Assembly: GCA_001179505.1 (NCBI GenBank)
Contig: CDMY01000158.1
Coordinates: forward strand, 117,272 to 181,271
DNA: 64,000 nucleotides
Source of the DNA: Vitrella brassicaformis CCMP3155
Lineage: Eukaryota > Protista > Chromerida
Reading direction: 5' to 3'
Part shown: one piece after another, positions 23,715 through 37,200 of the stretch
How positions within the stretch are numbered: position 1 is the first letter of the stretch
Layout: each line of letters opens with the position of its first letter
Made by a program: the position numbers and the translations under genes
The notes under the pieces: model-generated
The model's database searches: none
Told to the model about the DNA's origin: nothing
What the model saw: only the letters and a program-made list of their open reading frames with translations

Positions 23715-25912
23715 TCACATCTGACGGCCGGACTCTGAAAGAGAAGACACCACACACAAAATGACAGCAGCCGACACATACACATGACGTTCATCCCCCA
23801 CGTGTGTTTGTGAGTATTGGTCTTACCATGCCCTCCATCCTCACCTGCCAGCTCCAGCCCTCTAAACAGGCGCTCCTCAGTCCCCTCCTCGTCCACCTGC
23901 CTCTCCGCCTCTCTCTCTCCCGCCTCCTCCCTCCCGGCCAGGCCGTCCGATGTGCCGGGCGACTCTCCCTCATCGGCTGTCTTGTTGGCGGTGTCGGCGC
24001 CCTCCTCTGCCGGCGACGCGTCTTCTCGCCTGACGTCCTTGACCAGCGGCTCCCCCACCATCCCCACACCCTCGACAACAAGCCCGTTGGTCTCGCCATG
24101 GCCTGACACATCACCGGCATCCTCGGTGGCTTGGTTGGGGTCGGCGAGAGGCGATGGGATGGATGCTCGTGTGGTGGTGCCCCAGTGGGCATCGAGAATG
24201 CGTTCCTCCATCTGCATCAGCCGCCCGTCCATGGTGACGAGGCCCTGGGGCAGCCGCTCCATCCGCTCCCACGGCATGGGCCTCACGCAGTCCACCACCA
24301 GCTCCCGCATCATCACTCCCACCTCTCTCGCCCACTCCATGCATGGCTCTGTCCGCAGGAAGAGCGATGGAGGCGTCGGTGCTGTTGACGCGCTCGACTG
24401 GGCGGGAGGTGGGAGGACCTTTGGCAGCCGATCGGCCCAGCTGAGGCCGTTCTCGATGGCCACTCGGAGGCGCAGCTGGTGGATGGTGCTGGGCTGCTCG
24501 GTGGTCTGGAAGGACTCGCGAATGCGCTCCATGTACTCCTGGAGTACCTCCCCCATCAGCACAGAAAGGGCCTCCAGCCCCACGCCGAAGATGATGGCCG
24601 CCTCACCCACCCACATCTTGGCCTGGTCTGGTAGGTAGAGCCCCCTGTCCTGCAGCAGACGCAGCTGCTCCTCCAGCTTGCCCTCCAGCCGGTCCATCTC
24701 CCCCTCATCGGTGATGCCGCAGCCGCTCTCCCACCCATCGACCGACACGAAGTCGACCTCACTGTCCGCCTCCTGCTCGTGCCTCGTGGCGCGCTGCCCG
24801 GCCCATCCCTTGGCCAGCATCAGGGCGAACTCAGGTGCGTGGTGGTGTGGGGTGATGGTCCACAGGTTCTCGTCCTCTGTCTGGTCCTCCTCGCTGACGC
24901 TGGCCAAGACGGGCAGCCGACCGATGGTGTTGGGCAGCTGCTGGCTGGTCGGCTTGGCAGTGAGGGCGTGGCCCAGGTCGATCATGCGCAGCTCCTCGCA
25001 TGCGATGCTGCTGTTGCTGTTGGTGACGGTGGGGGCCGGCTCGCGGATGAGCAGCTCCTGCGGGTCTGCCGTGAGCCTGGCTGCCGGCTCAACCAGCCTG
25101 CCGTCCAGAGGGCCGACGACCGGTGGGATGCGCTGGAGCATGGGCAGCAGTGCATCGCTGGACATGTTGTCCTCGGCGAGGACGCCCAGCAGAATGGCCG
25201 CATTATGCAGCCGCACCATGCCCCGCAGCGCCCGCACCTGGATCAGGGCGACCTCCTTGAGCAGGGCCTGGATGTTGGGGCGATGCAGGTCGGCGCTCCT
25301 GCTGACGGCCGTGGTGATGGCAGCGCATTTGGCAGCGATGTCCTTGAAGTCGCCATACTTAGCTGAGTGAAATGCCAAACACACATACAGCACGGTCAGG
25401 GATGAGGGTGTTTCTGATCGATTGTTCAGTGCGAGTGTGCAGTGTGTGAGTGGCCTCGTCTTACTCATATCCAGCTTGGGCATCCGAATGGCGAACACCC
25501 TCTGCATGGCCGCGACCTCCTGCTGTGTGATGGGGACGTTGTTGGCCAGCGGCGACTTGAACATGGCTGTGGCGCCGTCGACGTCCGTGTGTGCGGCGAG
25601 GACGGGCAGGAAGGGCCTGTGGCCCTCAGGGATGCCGAGCTCCTCACACTTGGCCGTCACCGCCTCCATCACGCGCCTCTCCTGGCAAAGCGCCAGCCAC
25701 TTGAACTCCTCCACCTCCGACAGGCACGCGTGTTCTTCGATGCGCACTGTCTTCCAGATGCTGTCGAGGGCATCCGTGGTGGTGAGGATGCTGGCGTTGT
25801 TGCCGCCACCGTGCTCGTTGATGAATCCGGACGGCGGGTTGGGCAGTGCGGCGCCGAACACGGGCGTCTGGTCCTCCTCGTTGACGCGCACCTCCTTCAA
25901 CACGTGCAACAT
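23715..25912 (-). CDS. Protein-kinase-fold pseudokinase, family copy 1 (3 exons)
   Basis: GGGNNASI (G-loop), IWKTV (beta3 K), QERRVM (alphaC E), LRGMVRLHNAAILLGVLAEDNM (HRD replaced by LGV, N kept), MIDLGHA (DFG as DLG), TPHHHAPEF, KMWVG, CVRPMPWERM; introns after LDM and at 23735-23826. Confidence 0.8.
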
Positions 25913-26573
25913 GATTCTCTCTCACGCCAACAAGGGGCAGCCGGCGGGCAGCCGCGCTGCTCTTCCTTGCAGACGGGTCAGCAGTCTGCATTTCAGCGCA
26001 CACGCCAATTGCGGCGGCACAAAAATGGCATTACTGAGCGCTTCACTTCACCTGCTCCTTACCTTGTCAGCCCTCAGCAGCTATGAAGCTGGAGATGGCG
26101 GCAGTCGTGTTCACGACGATGGTGAAGCGAAGAGGTGGAACTGTGCTGAAAGAGAGGTGTCGGAACGGCAGGAAGCACTGGATGGCACAGGATATTGCAC
26201 AGGATGGCAATCCATCCTCCGAAAAAGAGTGGCAGTATCTCTCTGTCTCCACCAATTAGTTTCTCGCCCCAGAATTCTCGCCGCCGTCGGTTCGCGCTTT
26301 TGGAGTCAGGCGCACGTGATGATGTCATGTGCGCCGACTGATTAGCCTGCCATTTGAGTGAGCTGGCCATGACCCGCTTCCTCGCAGCTGATTGATATCA
26401 GGGGATCACAGTGGGATCATGGGGCCTCGTCAAGTAGCACACGGCAGGATCAGTTGTGAACACCACCATGGCACCCACACCATCCGCCTATACAGTCACT
26501 CACCACTAAACCACTAATACCCTTCTCTGCAGTACACGGCATACGGTGCAGCTCAGGAACGGCCGTGGGTCAC

Positions 26574-29500
26574 TCAGGGGACGGCCTGCAGCCTTTGGAA
26601 TGAGGTGCTCGACACGAGCGGGAGGATGTGTGAGGGATGGCCGCCTATGAGGGTCCTCGGGCAGCTCAGCCACAGGCCAGTCACGGCCTTGCCGCACACC
26701 GCACAAACATTCCGCTCCTTCATGCACTTGCGCTGCGCCGCGCCCGCCACACACAGACAAACACATGTGCTCGTGAGCCGGGCTGTGTGCCACGCACCGA
26801 AGGACGTGATGGACGGATGGATGCTTACGCAGTGAATGGGGTGTTTGTTGACGTGGTCTGAAGGGTTGATGGCGCTCTGGAGCGGGTCGTGCGATACACG
26901 GTCAGCGTCGATGGCCACGCCGCACTCTGAACACTTGATGACGGCCTGGGTATGCTCGCGACCTGCACCCACATACGAACCCTCGATGGGAGGGCGAGTA
27001 GCTTCTCTGTTCATGATCACACAGACGTACCCAGCTGTCTGATCTCCAGGAAGGGCGACATTTTGATGAAGCGAGCACACTCGACGTGAGACCTCAGACG
27101 ACGGAGCAACTCTGACAAATACATGCAGACGGTGTGTGGTTCGTCCCACTGGCTGGGTGCTTTGTTCGCGCTTGCTCCCTCACCGATAATGCTCTTGCTC
27201 CAACGAATCAGCTCCTTGCGCCTAAAACACCACACATCGCGTTCGTCACACGTACTTGCAGCTGGGGCAATGAGCCAGTGAGTGTATCGACTGACCACTT
27301 CATTATGTCTTCATCGGTTGCCAGGTTGAGCATGAGTGTGAGGGCCGTGTGGGGGTCGTTTTGGCTGCGGAAATGAGCCACGGTGGAGGCGAACTCCTCA
27401 CAACGACACCAATCCAACCATTTGGCTGCACAGACCGCCAGGACACACCACAGTACGGGTGCACACGTCTGCCCTCCATGTCAGTCAGACGTGCGTGCGT
27501 GTACCTATGCCGCCACTGTAGCCTTCGAAAGGAGAGGCTGGATACGTCAGGGAGCTCATCATGCCATCATCCACATCGGGGCCGTCCTCCTGCTGCCCCT
27601 CTGCTTCCTCCGATGACCGCTCAGCCACACCGGGATTCCCACCGGATTCAGACGCCACCCCTCCCTCATATATCAGCTGTGCCTTGCTGCCCGCACCGAA
27701 GGAGAACACAATCGGCCCAGAGTCGCCCCTGCCGCCGTCATGCTGACACCAGGCGAGTGACGGCAGCGCCTTGACGGGGTCCATCGAGTCATGGCAATCG
27801 TCAATGTCCACGGCTGACAGGGCGGCAGAGCGGCCAGGGGGACCATTGGCGCGTCTCGCAAGTGAGGGCAGCAGGTTGACCACCGCATGGCACGTTGGAG
27901 CCTCAGTGCCGAGACTCATGTGGCGACATCCATCAACAGCAGGCAGATCAGTTGATGGTGGAGGAGGAGAAGGTGCGCTCGCCTTGGGCGGCTGCAGTGT
28001 GGCCAGGAACGAGGGCGTCTGGCTGAGTGCGAGGGCGTGGGACGGCTGGAAGGGGTGTGTCGGGGTTGCAGGTGGGCTCTGGAAGAAGTCGGCCATAAGA
28101 CGAAACGACTGCGCCTTGAGAGGATCTCCGGCCGTCTCGGCGACGGCCGCCCAGAGGTGGCATGCAGCGGGGCCAGCGAGGGCCCTCACCAACCGATCGC
28201 CCTCTCTGCACTGGGCAAACGCCACCGCAGCCTCACCAGCCCCCCCGTCAGACCGCAGAGTGGACCCCACATTCCATGCCGATCGGTCGCCGCCGGTTCT
28301 GTCGTCCTCTCTGGTGGCATGGGTCTTCTTGGCTTGTCTCCTCTTGCTGTCAGCCAGGTCACTCAACACCCACTCCAGCAGCTGACATTGCACCGACCGG
28401 GGCAGCTGGCCGCATAGCCGCTGCTGCTGAAGGGCAAGCAGCGCCATGCCCGCTCGCGGGCCCCTGCCCTTGCCCTCGGGTGTCCTCGCCTGCCACTTGT
28501 GGAGCAGCTCCTTGGAGACAGCTTCCATCCACGGTGCGATCGCCGTCACCGGCACGTGGAAGAACATGGCTTCGTTAGGCAGACAGTCGACCGCAATGGC
28601 GTGCCGGAGATAATGCAGCGGGTCGGGGGCATAATGCTCGTCATAGTCGCCGTGAACATCCACTCTGGGCAGCGGCACCGTCAGGCACGACCGCACCGCC
28701 CGCGATATCGCGTCTCTCCTGACGTACGCCTGCATGCTGAAGTCCTGCGGTGTGGGGGCCAGGCCGGTGTCGAAGGTGAATCCCGTCCTCTCATAGTCTG
28801 GGATTGGGGAGGAGGTCCGCGGGGAGGTGTCTGCGGCGCACGTGATGGGCGAGGGGCGGGGAACGGCGGTGGTCTGGATGGACAGGCGCTCGGGGGACCT
28901 GGGAGCGATGAAAGGGGGACACGTATCAACAGCCGGCGCCCACGCGATCGACACAGCCCTGAGGAAAACACGCAGAGACCCTGATGAGCGCTCGGTGGGT
29001 TGGGGCGGTGAGTGTAGGCTGCCAACCTGGTGTGTCTGAGGGGCTGGTAGGCGTCTGCAATGTCATGTAGGATGACCCGACGATCGCTGCTGCACGAGAC
29101 GAGGCGGTCGCTGTCGATCCAGATGAAGTCTTTGGCGGCCTCTGTGTGGCCCGTGAAGCTGTAGAGCGGCGAGTGCGGCGACGACAGCTCCCACACGTTG
29201 ATGTTGGGGTCCATCACCGACGCACAACACGTCACCTGAGTGGGATAACCAGGCCGCCAGCGGACGCAGCGGACGGGACTCACTGCACACACACACAGCC
29301 CAATGAAGAAATGAAAGGCAGTCAATAGGTCCAGACCCCTCATGCGTGTCAAGCTTGAGATCTCGTGCCGTACCCGTGCGCATGAAGGCGATGGCTCGGT
29401 TGTTTTTGCGTAGGTCCCAGATGTGAATGTTCTGGTCCCTCGACGCGGCCGCGAAGACGTTGGGGTCGTGGGGATTCCACCTGGCGGAGGTGACAGCCTG

Positions 29501-30853
29501 TGTGGAAACCAGATGGGACCTCTCACGCGTGTAGCCCTTCGAGCTGGGCGGGAAGGCCATGGCGACGTCATCCAACGACGATGAACTGCACCTGCAGATA
29601 CGGAGCAACATGTGGAAATCGATGGGTCGGTCTCTCGGCTTGCTTGTTGTGTACCTGACGTCATAGAGCACAACGAATCCGTTCTCGAATGACGTGAGCA
29701 TCTCGTGGTCCGAATGGCCGTCGTAGACACCATCCAAAGGCCGGCTCTGAAGATCTCTGAACAGAAAGGAGGCAGTGAGCATCGGGTATCGCATCGAGTG
29801 AATGTCATATCAGTGGGGCTTGCAGTGGTCAGCTGACCGTACGGCGATTCTGTTCATGGTGTTGAATTCGCACGACTGCCTCACGGGTGCCGGGGAGTTC
29901 GCCTTGAGGTGCTCGCAGTCGAATATCTTGATGGCACCGTCAGAGAACCCACACACCACCTACACACACAGACACACGGACACAGACACAGACACATCCA
30001 ACCCATCAATGTGTGTGACCGTGTATGTCTGTTCCTCCCTCCCTCCCTGCCTCCCTGCCTCCCTGCCTCCCTGCCTGCCACCGTACCTGTGATGTGTTCC
30101 CGAGCCATTCGATGCAGTGGCCTGTCCGCGTGTGAGCTTGGAACTTGGGGCCCATGTCCCTGACGCCACACAACACAACGCATACACACCGGTGCGGTGC
30201 TTGGTCATCCACACCCGCATCGCATATGTCCTTCCCTGCTTCCTCCCTCCATCGCACATATACCATGATTTGCTGAGTTTCTCGTACTTGACGAATACAG
30301 AGAGCATGCCGTTGGTGGAAATGGCAGCGAATGCTGTGGGGCTGCGCCGCTTCCACGCCAGCCCATTGACATTGGTGTTGAACCGCCGCCTCTCCTTCAA
30401 GCTGTCCTTCTTGACGTCCAGGATGTGCAGCCGAGACCGGCCTCCCACCGTCAGCAGGTTGTGGGGCAGCGGCGCACGGGTGGCCCACTGCCCGTCAGTC
30501 AACGTCATGCTCATGCTCCGCCCAGACGAGTCCAGTGAGCCTGGGTGGGACGGGTAGCAGGCAGAGATGCAGGACGGCTGATTCTGCCGCTCGAACTCAA
30601 ACACCACCACAGGGGAGGACGATGGCCGGCCTAAGGCTCCTTCAGGTGTGCCGCTGGTGGGTGGTGCTGTGGGGTGGACCTGGTTCGCCTTGGCTGACGA
30701 CGATCTTTTCCCACCATTGCGCGAGGATGCGCTGCTGGGTCGTGCGCTCCTCGTGACAGCGGGCGGCTGGGTGTCCTTGGGGCTGGAGAGCGGCGTGAAG
30801 AAGGCAGCGGCGGAAGAGGCAGACGGGGATGATGAACGAGCCGCTGTGGCCAT
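26574..30853 (-). CDS. WDR24: WD40 protein WDR24/Sea2-like (GATOR2/SEA complex subunit), multi-exon; start uncertain
   Basis: FENGFVVLYDVR, ARWNPHDPNVFAAASRDQNIHIWD, VRCVRWRPGYPTQVTCCASVMDPNINVWELSSPHSPLYSFTGH, AYQPLRH, QNDPHTALTLM, ELLRRLR...IKMS and C-terminal CAVCGKAVTGLWLSC all align in order with WDR24 motifs as recalled. Confidence 0.85.
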
Positions 30854-31227
30854 GGCGATGATCTGCAGCACAGAGATGAGTGAGGATCGTGCACTGATTC
30901 ATCCACCCATCCGCCTCGTACCTCACCTGCCTGGGTTCGTGTGCGTCACGGCAGCCAACAGAGCATCATGAAATCGTCGATGGATCCATGAATTCAGTGC
31001 CCACCAGCTGCATGTCCAGGCAGATCCCTTTGCTTTTTCCACACCTCCTTTTTGCGAGCTCAAGCTCGCGAGCAGATGCGAGCTTAGCCGAAGGCGCGAA
31101 AAGAGTTCTTCCTTCGGCAGTTTTGACCACTAAAGAGACCGTGACAGCGTCCCTTCACCACATCTTGCCATCTGGCATGACTGGGAGCACAACCGATGGT
31201 ACCCGCATGACTTGAAGCGTGTGAATC

Positions 31228-34200
31228 ATGTCACGGCGGTACTTCATCAAGGGCCAGGCCTTCGACAGCTGCGCTGCGGCCGCCACAGAGAAGATCAAGG
31301 AGGTTGATGCGGCGCTCAAGGAGCTCGGCGACCCTCCCCAGCCCAGTGATGATGCAGCGCACTCCCAGGCCATCCGCGAGAGCCGCAAGGCGCTGATAGA
31401 GCTCTTCAACGAGGTGGTGCGGCTGGCCGTGTCCGAGGACAATGACATGAAGCCAGATCAGGCCTTGGAGCTGCTGCATCGGGCGATAGTTATGGAGGGC
31501 GGGCAGCAGAGACACCGGGTGATCTATGCCACGCTGTGCGAGGCGCTGACGGTGACTGGCTGGGCGGTGAAGCCAGTGACGGACAACAAGGGGAAGACGG
31601 TGGAGCCTGAAACGGGCGAGTGGCGGCGATACAAGACTCTCATCAATGGCATCACCGACAGGGCCATTGTCCCCGCTGCGGTCAAGGGGGAGCTCGTCGA
31701 CTCGTCGCTGATCGACCTGCTCAAGGGGAGGGCGGCAAAGCCGAGGCTCGGCACGTCACCGACACACATCTACTCCCTCTTCCGCGAGTCGACCGAGGGA
31801 TACGCCAGAATCATCGACCTCATGGAGAACGCCATCAAGCCGCCAGCCATGTCACAGTCACACACAAGCCCGGCAGAGGGTGGCCTGAAAGATCCGGTTT
31901 GTGTGGAGTCGCTGTTTGGCCAGCTGGTGGTCATCAGCAGCTTCTTCGATCTCTGCAGCAAGCGCATCCTGGCCATCCTCCTGACCTATCTGGAGGCCAG
32001 TCTCGATGCGGCTGCCGGTGTCGCCGATGGGCAGGTCGTGGCGCTGCTTACGCTCATGGCGGCGTTCCCCAAGACACTCATCACAGACGTGGGCAACAAG
32101 CCAGGGAGGCAGGCGGGCGGGCGTCTCTGTGGGAACGATGCATGGTTGTTGTCTGTGTTGTTCTTTCTGTTGTCAGTGTGTGTGTTTCCATTTGGCGCAC
32201 CAGCAGCACTTGAGCCCCGCGAGTCTCTTCCTCCGCCACCTGGCCAACCGCATCCGCAAGATCCGTGCCAAGAGGGAAAGAGCCAGCAGGGGGGACGATG
32301 CGAGCGCCAAAAAGGACAACGGGAGCGACAAGGGCGAGGAGGGAGCCATCAAGGAGGACACACAGACAGACGACACCAAGGTGAGCAGCCGAAGATCCAT
32401 AAGGGAAATGTGCCCGTATCCATCCGGCTTGATTGATGCCGTGGTGTGTTGTGTTGTGCGGCGTGTGTCCTGACAGGATGCGGCATGGCCTGATTATGAT
32501 GGTCGGCGTCCGCTGCCGCACGTGTTGGTTCCCCCGACGGAGTCGTTTTTCACGGCGGTGGCGCTTCTGATCAGCAACGGGTGAGTTGACTTAGTCACGA
32601 CAACAACACCAGACCGCTGTCGAGCCGCCACGAGCTAGCTCCGGGGTCTNNNNNNNNNNNNNNNNNNNNNNNNNNNNNNNNNNNNNNNNNNNNNNNNNNN
32701 NNNNNNNNNNNNNNNNNNNNNNNNNNNNNNNNNNNNNNNNNNNNNNNNNNNNNNNNNNNNNNNNNNNNNNNNNNNNNNNNNNNNNNNNNNNNNNNNNNNN
32801 NNNNNNNNNNNNNNNNNNNNNNNNNNNNNNNNNNNNNNNNNNNNNNNNNNNNNNNNNNNNNNNNNNNNNNNNNNNNNNNNNNNNNNNNNNNNNNNNNNNN
32901 NNNNNNNNNNNNNNNNNNNNNNNNNNNNNNNNNNNNNNNNNNNNNNNNNACCCCACCCTCACCGCACCGCCTCAGTATCTATCTATCTCATGAAGCCAAG
33001 CCCCATATGGATGGATGCCATTCCTTCCTTCCTTCCTTGGTGTGTGTGCCCTGCCTGCCTGCCTGCCTGCTTCCCTCCCTCCCTCCCCCCCTTCGTTTCC
33101 TCTCTAGCCTGGCGGATCTGGAGCGCATCTATCCTTTTCTGGATCCCCCCGACCACCATCTGCACCTGCTGCACCACCTCGTCATGTACCTCTATGCCAA
33201 GGAGGAAGAGCAGTACAGCTTCTCGACCACAGGCGCGCCGTCCGACCGCAACTATCGGCTGTCGGCTGAGCTCAAGCCCGACGCCTCTCGCAGGACTGCA
33301 GACGCCGTGCGAGCGGCCACCGGTGGCAGGGGACCAGGAATGGTGCGGCTGCATCAAGGCCAAGGCCAGGACGATAGCAGCCGGCCATCCCCGGCCCCTT
33401 TGCGGTCCATGGGCAAGGGCGTCTACACGTCGCGCATCCCCACGCCCTTCTCCAAAGGCTCACCCTCCAGCAGGCATGACACTGCCGACACCGAGGCCAT
33501 GCCCCTCACCCGCAATCCCGACGACTCATGGCCGGCGCCGCCAAGGGCACTCGTCGCAGCTGACAAGACTTCAGGACACCAGGGGGATCTGACGCGCTGT
33601 CTTCCCATCAATCTGGCGGATGCGACATTCCCCCACCCGGAGCAGCAGAAGGGCGGCGGAGGTGGTGGGCAGCAGTCCAAGCAAGCCGAGGAGCGGCCGA
33701 GGAGCGACCACCCCGACCGGTATATGAGGCTGGAGGGTGAGGTGGGGCTGCATCGGTCATTCGTCAAGGACGACCGACACAAGGGGCCGGTGGCCATGAT
33801 GAAGGATGTCGCAAGCACCAGCAGCGGTGGCGGCGACAAGACTGGAGTGCGGGAGGAGAGCAAGATCGAGGAGGAGTTGTCGCTGGACGTCAAGCTGCTG
33901 CAGTCTCTCAAGTATGAGGAGCTGCCCCTCGACTACAACTACTGCGAGATGCTGGCCTTCGTCAACGCACTCCACTCCACCAAGCTGAGACTCATCGCCG
34001 CGCTCATCGACATCAACGCATGGCCCCTGGCCGAGGCCATGATCCACCAGCTCACGCAGCCCGTGGACGGCTCGCCGCCCGAAGCTCCGCCGCTGTTTCC
34101 CGCCTTCATGCCCCTGATGCACCACGCCATCCGCAGCAGCTTCTTCCGCCTCATGAGGTGGGTCATCGACCCTCTCTACCAGCAAATACACCCACTCCGC

Positions 34201-37200
34201 GACATCAACCCACTCGCAAACAGACAGCCACGCGGCCCACGCAAGCAGGGCAAGTCGCTCCACGAGTACGGCCTTCAGCCGCCCGTCAAGGTGCCCTCCT
34301 GGTCGCCATTCTCGAATGTGACGCAAGACGAGGCGATGGGCGACGACTCGATGGTGCAGGGAGTGCGGCAGTGCGAGAAATGGGAGGATCTGGCTGGAGT
34401 GCTGCCGATGCTGTACCATGCGGGGTATCTGCTGCACGGTGATGCGTCGCTGCTGACGATGGTCAACGGGGTGCTGCTAAAGGGAGTGGAGCTGGAGGGA
34501 TCTGGCAAGACAGAGGACGGCGACACGGTGATGGGTGGGGCTGCTGACGGCGGCCCCCAGGCGCCCCTGTTTGAGCTGCTGGTGGGTGAGGGACGCAAGG
34601 GGTGCGGTCTGGCGATCCATTGTGGGCTAACGGTGCCGGTTGGTTCCTCTCTCCCCGTCTGCTTCTTGCCTTTCAGGAGCCCCTCCTGCTGCATGTGTTG
34701 ATGCCAGCTATGACCTACCTGCCGGCCAACTCGATGGTGTCTGAGGGCATATGGGAGCTCCTCAAGTGCCTCTCCACCGACAGACGATACGCTGTCTATG
34801 CTGACCTGATGAAGGCATATACCGAATTCCCCCTGGTGAATTAGCCACTGATCCGCTTCTTGATGCCCCTCTCATCTCCTACTCTCCTGCGTGTCTGTCT
34901 GTGTGTCTGTGTGTCTGTGCAGAGCATCCAGTGGCATGGGACGAGCAAGATGGCGACGAGCCTCTTCAAGCGCATCGTGGCCAAGCAGCAGTCGGCCGCC
35001 CGCCAGTCAGGCGGCCCTTCGGGGGGCATGCAGCTCATGAGCATGGGCGGCGCTGCGGCAGACGCCATGGACGTGGATCTGGACATCGGCCCGCGGACGT
35101 CTGCTCACACGAGCAAGAACCTCCACAACTTGTTCTACCGCTACTGCGTGTGCAACCCCTTTCCAGTGTTCACGCTGGCCAACAAACAGGTCAAGATGGC
35201 GCCAAACATCATCCCCCACCTCGTCGAGACCACCAAGACCGTCACAGACTTCAGCGCTGATGCCGCCGTCTTCATCCTTACGTTCCTGTAAGCCCACACG
35301 GAAGCACCCCCGGAGGCCATGAGCCATCTATCATATGCCTCCATCCCCTACCCTGGTGCACCCCACCCCCCCCACATGTGATGCAGGCGTCTCGAGAGTG
35401 GCGAGGGTCGGGATGGTTTGTTGGAGGAGTGCGAGGCGGCGGGGCTCAAGATGCCGCAGGGCACCGCATTCCCGGCCATCTTCGAATGGAACGCAAAGTT
35501 CCTCAGAAAGTCAGGGAGGCAGAAACAAACCACAGACAAGACAGACGCCCGTGGCGTGGATGGCACCACTCACAGCACCGCATTATTGTGTGGGATCTCT
35601 TCTCTGCAGGCACCCCAATGTCGATATCTTCCCCCTGCTCGTCTGCATCATCCAGAAACTCGCCGAGAATGTAACTAACATGCACACACACACAGGCCTG
35701 CCACTAGATAGTCCTGGCGAGACGACCTGGACGCTTCTTACGATGGCCATGTGTGTCCCCTCCTACCTCTGTCTGCCTGCAGGACGTCTCGCTAGAACGG
35801 CTGCTGGTGCAGGAGGTGCTCAAGTACATGGGCGGCATCCCATTCGTAGAGCACACCAGCCTCAACGCTGAACAGATACGGGCGCAGGCCGGCGGGCCAC
35901 TCCTGCGGTTCCACGCCCTCCAGACCCACCGCGACGGCCTGCCGTCAGACGCCGAGAACAAAGAGGTGGCTCGTCTGCTCCGCAAGGGCAAGGAGGCCCT
36001 CCTGCGGGCCCTCAACAAGTCGCAACTGCACCTCAACAACGCCTCAAGAGCGGCCAGCGCGGACTCAGGTGCTGCAGCAGTTGGGGCGGTGAGCAGCACG
36101 AGGAAGCGTCCCTTTGATGAGGTAGAGGCGGCCGTGGCAACCGAGATCTCGACGGATGGGAAGCTGGTGGTGCCTTTGATCTACACGCTGGCTGGTCAGC
36201 TGAGTGGTGCCTTCTGGCCGTCGGCCAAGCAGCACCTGACAGCCCGTCTGTCGAGCGACAAGCGATATGCCGACTACGTCCGCAAGGCCGACCAGGTGCT
36301 CCGGACGCTGGGCGGGCTCGGTGACGACGCCCACATGTGCCTCCAGGGGCTGTGCGAGTTCCTCGCCGACAACACCAACGTCAACGCACATCCAATGTTG
36401 CCACACCAACAGCCACAGCCACACCCACACCCACAGCACACACACAAGGGCGGCCAACAGGCAAAGGTCAGGGCGGGCAAGAGGGGCAGCGGCGCCGCAT
36501 TCGAGACCGACTATGCGGAGCTGTGTCCGACCTTCGGTCGGCTGCTGGCCTACATGGAGGTGGAGGAGGCTTTCAGAGTCGTGCGACCGTCTCTCCCGCC
36601 ATACCCCCTGGTTGACAAGCACGACAGCATGGAGGTCGACGGCTCCCTGGCACAGAAGAAGAGAGACGATGGCGAGGCGGTGTTGGAGGGCATCGGGGCC
36701 ATGGTCGGCGCCCATTTTGCCGCTGAGCAGGCCGCTCCCGCATCGTCTGTCCCCCCGGCAGCTGACGCCGCCCCCACCCAAGACCGCAGCAAGAGAAGAA
36801 AGACTGACGCGCAGCACGAGGAGCAGCAGCCCCAGGCCAAATCCGGCAAGCGGAAAGCTGAGGGAGAGGCCGACTCGCCCCCGCCGCCCAAGAAGACGTC
36901 ACAGGCCGCTGACAGTACCACTGGCGATGGCGACAAGGACATGGTGGCGGGGGCGTTTCCCCGTCCGTGGCTGGCCATGCGGGGTCAGTTGCTGGCCTGG
37001 CGCAAGGAGGAGGGCTGTGTGAGGAGGGGAGGAGTGGGTGGGGGCTGGCTGGAGGGCTTCACGATGGACCTGTACCTGACCTTCTGGCGCCTGGACTGGA
37101 GCGACATGCTGGTGCCAAAGGACGTCTATGACGCCACACTGCAGCAGATCGAGACCAACATCAAGGAGGTCTGTGCAGTGCAGTGCAGTGCACACCAACA

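Noticed and set aside
24678-26345. Plus-strand ORFs opposite pseudokinase copy 1 (and similar antisense ORFs at copies 2 and 3)
   Set aside because: Antisense shadows with no motifs; conservation between copies follows the sense frame.
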